Source: Iphione sp. A-MEVVRFRX5
Taxonomy: Eukaryota
Reading direction: 5' to 3'
Length of the DNA: 64,000 nucleotides
Assembly: GCA_976226885.1 (NCBI GenBank)
Contig: OZ320315.1
Span: 56,544,001 to 56,608,000, forward strand
Notes under the pieces: generated by a model
Told to the model about the DNA's origin: nothing
The model's database searches: none
What the model saw: the letters and a program-made list of their open reading frames with translations, nothing else
Part shown: positions 58,330-64,000 of the stretch, piece after piece
How positions within the stretch are numbered: the stretch's first letter is position 1
How the letters are laid out: every line of letters starts with the position of its first letter
Position numbers and translations under genes: made by a program

Positions 58330-61300
58330 TACCCCAATAAGACTTCCTGGCTATGGGCCTGTATTGTTGTTCATTCTTGTATGATAGCCCAGTAGAAGGT
58401 CTTTGCTGTTGCGAGTAAAATGTCTAATTCTTTATCAGCTATCATAACATTATATCGATGACCTGAATGAGGCCGTTGTAGATTGTGCCAAGGCAGTCAG
58501 ATAGGAAGCAGACTCTTGTAATTGATGGTGGAGAGGATGATAAACACATGAACCTACAATGGGTCATTAAGTATTGCATTCGGAGAACTAAGTGATCTAG
58601 AACGATAAGGGATCCACAGCTTACAGAAATCTATATGGAAAGGAATGGAGACACCAATATGACCAGGGTGGCTTATCTGAGAAAACAGTAGGATATATCA
58701 GACGTGTTCAGGGCATATTGAGCCAACTCTTTACCAATTAACACTTCAGTTATTAATGTTTTAACCAGTTTAAGTCTGCTGGCTTTAACTCATACTTCTA
58801 AAAAGGCCAATTGTAAGCCCTCATCATTAATCTGAGAGTGGAGTACATCACGTCGGATTTTAGGGGATCGGCCATCCCATAAGAAGGAGAATAATATGAG
58901 GTCATTGAACTGTTTTTACAACAAGGTAGAGACTGACAAGTTGAAGGTAGAAAATTGGAGTATGGGTAGTACTAGAGAATTCATAATTGACACTGTCCCT
59001 TTCAAGGACAAATTGGTCCTGCTCCATCTCGTACATATCATCTTACATAGAGCTAGTCTAGGAGCAAAATTAAGTTCATACATAAGTTGATCATTCTGGG
59101 AATGCCTCACCCCTGACCAAGAGAGAAATTTAGGGAAGTACTTCCAAAGTTTAGAATGCAAGCGTCTGGCTTCTGATCTAAGAGTCTTACTAAAGCCGAA
59201 AAACGGGGCCCCATGCCAAACTGCTGAAGTGTAAGAAAAATGAAAAAATCCCATGAAACATGGTTATATTCTATGTATGGTTGCAATGTGTCTACCAGGG
59301 AGAAAGCCCAATTGGAACTTAGAAATATACGTAGGAAAAACAAGACGAAGGCGGGAGGACAGGACGGATGCAAAGATCTTATAGTCAGTATTAAGTAGTG
59401 ATATTGGTAGCCAAATTTCAGGTCTAGTGGTATCTTAACCCGCTTTCGGTATTAATGCGATGATGGTTGTTGATAGGGGTATAGTATGCCAGTAGTAACA
59501 ATATATTGAATTGTTTGGAAAGTTGAACCAGAAGTGTGAATTAAAACTTTGATGGGATCCCGTCATTGCCGGGGGTTTTGTTTGTATTGAGATGTTTTAC
59601 TGCATTAGTTAGATCGTCCAAAGAGATATCGGATTCAAATAGTTCATAATCATCAATAGCGAGCTTAGGTAAGTGAATTCCCAATCTGGAGGACCCAAAT
59701 TCAAGAAAGAAGGCGGGAGAGGAGAGAAACCTGGCCCTGTATAGCCGTTAGAAAAATGATCATAAAGAGCGTTGCCAATATCTTTTTGCGAAGTTAGTAG
59801 TACCTACATCATTCTTGGAATGTAAAGTGGAAATAATACAAACAGCAGATTTTCTTTTTCTAGTCTAAAAAGAAAAATTTGGTAGACTTCTCCCCTGCTA
59901 TATACCAGGACACCTTTGATCTAAAGAGGGAATGTGCTGCAGACTGAATTTCCACATCTTTAAGAGTTGATCTAATTTTGTCAATTTCTAAAAAAAAGTC
60001 AGATTCTGGGTCACTACGGTCTTGTTCCTGAACTAGAAAAGCTAATCTAGCTTCAAGGGTCCTGTATTGTGCTTTGCCGCTTTACTTTTCTGGGCAGAAT
60101 ATTACGAGTAAATTTAGAAATATGAAATTTTAAATAGTCCTAAGCAGAAGAAGGAGACAAGCCTTCAGCTAAAGCTTCCTTATACTAGTCTGTGAGTACA
60201 GAGGAAATTTCCTCACAATATTGATGATCCTTTAATAAGAGTGTGTTAAATTTCCACAGCGAAATGTAACGTAATTGTGACAGTGCAGTGATCAGAATGC
60301 ACATTTGGGATAACCTCTGTAGTGGAAGTTAGGGAGGCTAAATCTGTAGAAAGAAGAATAAAATCAATGCGAGAACCGACCGTTAAATCCTTATTGAACC
60401 AAGTATACTGCTTTTTGTTCTATGTTTTGCCCTCCAAATGGCATGGTATTAAGATTGTTTTAAGTGGGAGGGGGTCGTATGCAATTTATAACGTGTGGGG
60501 TTGAGAGTAATATTCAGATCTCCAAGTATCCAGGGATCTTCATCAAACTTCAAACTTCATGGATACATGAAAACAGCTTAAGTTGTAGTGCACGTTTGTT
60601 TGCTGTTGGTGCATATACTGACATAATATCTAAGCACATATCATGTAAACAAACTTTAATATGTACAAATCTACCTTGGAGGTCTGCATAACTATGATGG
60701 ATGAAAGATCATGAGTATGTCGGAACAAAATCACAGTGCCATCTTGAGTGGTAGACAAGTGAGCGAAATACCAGTGACCGTTCCACTGGGAACGCCATAT
60801 AGGCTCATCAGCGTTAACAACTGTGAATATCTTGGATTATAATAATATCGTACAAAATAATACAATAATAATGCTTTTCGTTTACTAGGGTCAAGAAGTC
60901 CACGCACATTGAGCGTGAGAAGTTTGAGATCTGGAAACATAATCTCAAATCATTTAGGAGCTTTGGGCACCTGCAAGAACTGAGGGGAGCTTTTTACGTA
61001 TCTCATAGAGGAGACGACCTAACCAATTTTGACCGCTAACCAATTTTGACCGATCCATTCAGCAGTATTGAGGAGAGACTTGTGTCCCAGGGGGGAGGCC
61101 CACTCACCACCCAGTGACGATTGGCACTCACCTATGCCAACCTCTTGGGCTCAGTAGACAGCAGGAGTTGTTGTGCAGAGGTGTTGATAAGGAATTTGTG
61201 GCAAAGAGCAGGAAGAAGAACAGCCTTTTCTTCAATGCCGTCTGCGTCGTAAATCCTTAGCTTACACAGGATCTGGTACAATTGACAGTGGCTCTCGGCC

Positions 61301-61930
61301 TTGTTCACTCTCTTCTCAAGTAGAGGTTTGTGCAAAACCACTGCCAACTGGACTACATGTACAAGAAAATGGAACAATGATTCAAATTATCCACATCCAT
61401 GCTGAGAGAGAACAGACACTCCAATGATAATGGATGACATGGGCCGGCGAAAGCATAGATTTCATCGTTGGTGTTCATGACCAAAGTAACTTGTCTGAGA
61501 GTAACTGGGAGATAAGCTGTAGTAATCATATTGCACACCGTCACCGCAAAGTCCTTCCGTCGAACAGATATGTACTCGTTTAGCCATTCGGGCAACACAA
61601 TTAAGAGTGTTGAGGTGATCATGGTGTTCGACGGCCATATTTTCACATATCCAAAATTGATGACATTTGTATTCGTGAAGCTGAGAGTGAGAAAACCATA
61701 TCTGATTCCGACCAGTAAGTGTACGGAATCTAGCTATAATTGGACGCCCTCTACCACCAGTATTCTCAGCCCCCAAACGATGTGCTACATCCAAATGTAT
61801 CCCATTAACCTTGAACGCTTCAGAGAAAAAGGATTCAAGAAATCTCTTGATAGAATCCATAGATTCAGACCTGTCTTCAGGAAATCCAACAAAGATCAAA
61901 GTGCAATGCTGTGAGTAATGCTCATGTACC
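58330..61930 (-). mobile_element. Degenerate L1/Tx1-clade LINE (ORF1 RRM plus APE-RT remnants)
   Basis: ORF1 LIFVGFPE...LDVAHRLG...RPIIARF; ORF2 LLTLNVRGL, PISLLNTDYKI, VSWDFF..LQQFGMGPRF, WSRTNLSLKGTVSIMNSLVLP. Confidence 0.85.
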
Positions 61931-62152
61931 ATGCCCAGTAAACATGCTTGTACTGGTCCAATACCCATTTTGTACAGTTAGGTACTGGCAGTAATGACAA
62001 ATAAAAGTCATTACCCAGCCAAAAGTAGCCAATACCTTGTGTGTTTTGTATGATCTAAATGATGTACTGGCCCAGTATTGGTCCGGTATTGGCATTCTTG
62101 TCCAGTAGTATGCCTGCCACCTAGAGGTAAAAATTCAAAAATCGAAAATGAA

Positions 62153-62700
62153 CAGTCAAAAGCAGAGAGGTGCAGCACAGAAGACAACAGAATGCGGATG
62201 ATTTGTGAAAGAACCGACTGGTTCCCTATAGTTAACCATTATACACAGATGTCTACAATAAGGACAGCTAATTTTACAGAGCGTCTCCCTACGGACACCT
62301 CCAAGACCCCTCTCAGGAGTCATTTTCAAAAGAAGACATGAATAAGTGCAGTGTACGGGGTGTTGTCGCGCGAATTTTGGGCTCCAGGGAGGCTCCAGAA
62401 GTGATCTTCAAAGGTAGACATAAATAAACGCTGTGCACAGGGTGTTGTCACATGAATTCGGGGTTGCAGAGAGGCCTGAGAAGTCATTTTCAAAGGTAGA
62501 CATAAATAAACATTTGGACTTTTGCTGGTCAAATTCAGTACTTTTAGGACTTTAACTGGTCAAATTCAGTACTTTCAGGACTTTTACCAGTCAAATTCAG
62601 TACTTTTAGGGCTTTTACTGGTCAAATTCAGTACTTTAAGGGGAGAGAGAGGAGAGAAAGAGAGAGAGAGAGTACAATTCCAGGTTTGACCCCCATTCTA
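62153..62700. mobile_element. Tandem-repeat MITE copy 4 (partial; right end missing)
   Basis: Family core ggacagctaattttacagagcg and ~30-bp units gtcaaattcagtactttt at 62515-62640. Confidence 0.65.
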
Positions 62701-63068
62701 TATGCTACTAACAGATCTATAAACCGGCCACGAGTAGTAATTAGAGAGCAGAAATCCGTATGTTGGGTATGTAAATGTAGGTAAACATTAAACGCGCGTT
62801 GGGTATGTGAACCAGCTTGTGTAAACTGACCTATCTGCCCTCTTGTACTAAGCGGTTATGGGTAAATATGTAAGTAAACATCCCTCTCACATACATTCCT
62901 AGAGAGTGTTTATGTTCCGCTAGAAAGGGAACCGTGTTTAGAAATGGATTTAGGATCATTGGTCCATTTTTAACAGACGTAGGAATTTTTGGGTTTTAGA
63001 CTTTAAAAAGAATCGAATCCGATATATTGATTCATTTGTTGTCAGACTCAATAGGAAGAGACAGCAGG

Positions 63069-63386
63069 ATGAGTTTTGTTCCATATTTACCAAATGCAGA
63101 GACCTGGAAGCAACTCCCAGATCAGCGAGAAGGTAGAGACTTCTATGTATTGCAAAAAGGAAGAGGAAGTGACATAAAATTAATTTCACCTCAACAAGGT
63201 GTTGTAGAGAGAGCCAAACAACGATTGAAAACACAGTTAAATAGATCTCACAAAGCTAGGTTATCTCAGTCACGAAACAGAAGGACACGGAGAAACACGA
63301 CCAGACGCAAACCTTTGAAGGGTAAAAAGAGAAAAAAAGTTAAACCTAAGCAAAAGAAAAGGAAAAAAGTTAAAAGACGAAAATGA
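63069..63386 (+). CDS. Polinton small basic core (DNA-packaging) protein, 105 aa
   Basis: MSFVPYLPNAETWKQ...FYVLQKGRGSDIKLISPQQGVVERAK, then an Arg/Lys-rich tail. The QxGxG motif resembles an adenain cleavage site. The real start is probably the ATG at 63069. Confidence 0.7.
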   Translation: MSFVPYLPNAETWKQLPDQREGRDFYVLQKGRGSDIKLISPQQGVVERAKQRLKTQLNRSHKARLSQSRNRRTRRNTTRRKPLKGKKRKKVKPKQKKRKKVKRRK

Positions 63387-64000
63387 GTTATATACTTAAT
63401 AAGGCACAAGAAGGATTTGACAAGCGATTAGCTCTATTTAACCTACCACCTGTTGATACTGCTATTCAAGATATTTATTATAAGGACTATCGCCCTATAG
63501 GTCAAATATCAAGTGACACAACACTAGAATTTGATGTGAGTAACAATTCTCCAGATTATATTATTTTGAATGAAATTTCCTTACTGTTGACACTCCAATT
63601 GCACACTGATCAGAATAAGGCAATCACAGCGGCACATGATGTAACCCTTAGTAATTTTTCATCATGTTCACTTTTTAGACAACAAGACTTTTCAATTCAG
63701 CAACAAATCATCACAAATTCTATCGGAGCAAATTTTCCATACAAAGTTATACTAGACACTTTAATGAAGCGAGGTTTAAATGATCAATTAAGTTGGCTAT
63801 CAATTGCTGGTTATGAGAAAGATACTGCTGCTCTTATGGATGAAAATGAAGGTAAAAGTACAGGTAATACAGGTTTATCAGATAGATATGAAAAAACCAA
63901 AAATGGGAAAAAAGTAACATATAAAACTAGATTGTTTATGGATATATGTCAACAAGATAAAATGCTATTAAATGGATTACCCATAAATATTAAATTATAT
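63383..64000 (+). CDS. Polinton major capsid protein (PY, double jelly-roll), 5' 206 codons, truncated by the window end
   Basis: Open frame from ATG 63383: LALFNLPPVDTAIQ..YRPIGQIS...LEFDV....DYI...SLFRQ.DFSI...FPYKVILDTL...YEKDTAALMD...NTGLSDRY...MDICQQDKMLLNGLPINIKL. It is missing from the ORF track because it has no stop in the window. Confidence 0.9.
   Translation, partial: MSYILNKAQEGFDKRLALFNLPPVDTAIQDIYYKDYRPIGQISSDTTLEFDVSNNSPDYIILNEISLLLTLQLHTDQNKAITAAHDVTLSNFSSCSLFRQQDFSIQQQIITNSIGANFPYKVILDTLMKRGLNDQLSWLSIAGYEKDTAALMDENEGKSTGNTGLSDRYEKTKNGKKVTYKTRLFMDICQQDKMLLNGLPINIKLY

Larger units (their letters stand above)
62733..64000 (+). mobile_element. Polinton/Maverick (adintovirus-like) element, runs off the window
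   Basis: Core-protein and major-capsid genes. The candidate terminus AGTAGT at 62733 is inferred. Confidence 0.8.

Overview
AT-rich, TE-dense animal genomic DNA with spliceosomal introns (probably an invertebrate; the species cannot be identified from the sequence). It is not prokaryotic and has no CRISPR array. One host gene can be reconstructed completely by hand: a 10-exon SLC43A3-like MFS transporter (+, 4022-39785, 529 aa) with a predicted GC-AG intron. Its 25.4-kb intron 5 holds nested mobile elements: an old L2-type LINE, split by a Gypsy LTR element (18739-35914), interrupted by a young CR1-group LINE (23760-~35235), interrupted in turn by a TTAA piggyBac (27381-32082). The best candidates for undescribed biology are two. 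(1) The young LINE appears polycistronic: its ORF1 is fused to a NADAR/YbiA N-glycosidase domain, followed by a stand-alone SGNH esterase ORF, a 50-aa membrane micro-ORF, a motif-repeat spacer and APE-RT ORF2. It is damaged only by two in-frame TGA codons and the piggyBac. (2) The piggyBac has a 5-intron transposase plus a convergent spliced cargo gene resembling the P2X7 C-terminal ('ballast') family. Downstream are a 311-aa orphan gene (-), MITEs, SINE, Penelope and Tx1 remnants, and at the right edge the core-protein and major-capsid genes of a Polinton/Maverick. All homology calls come from motif recognition by eye; no searches were run.
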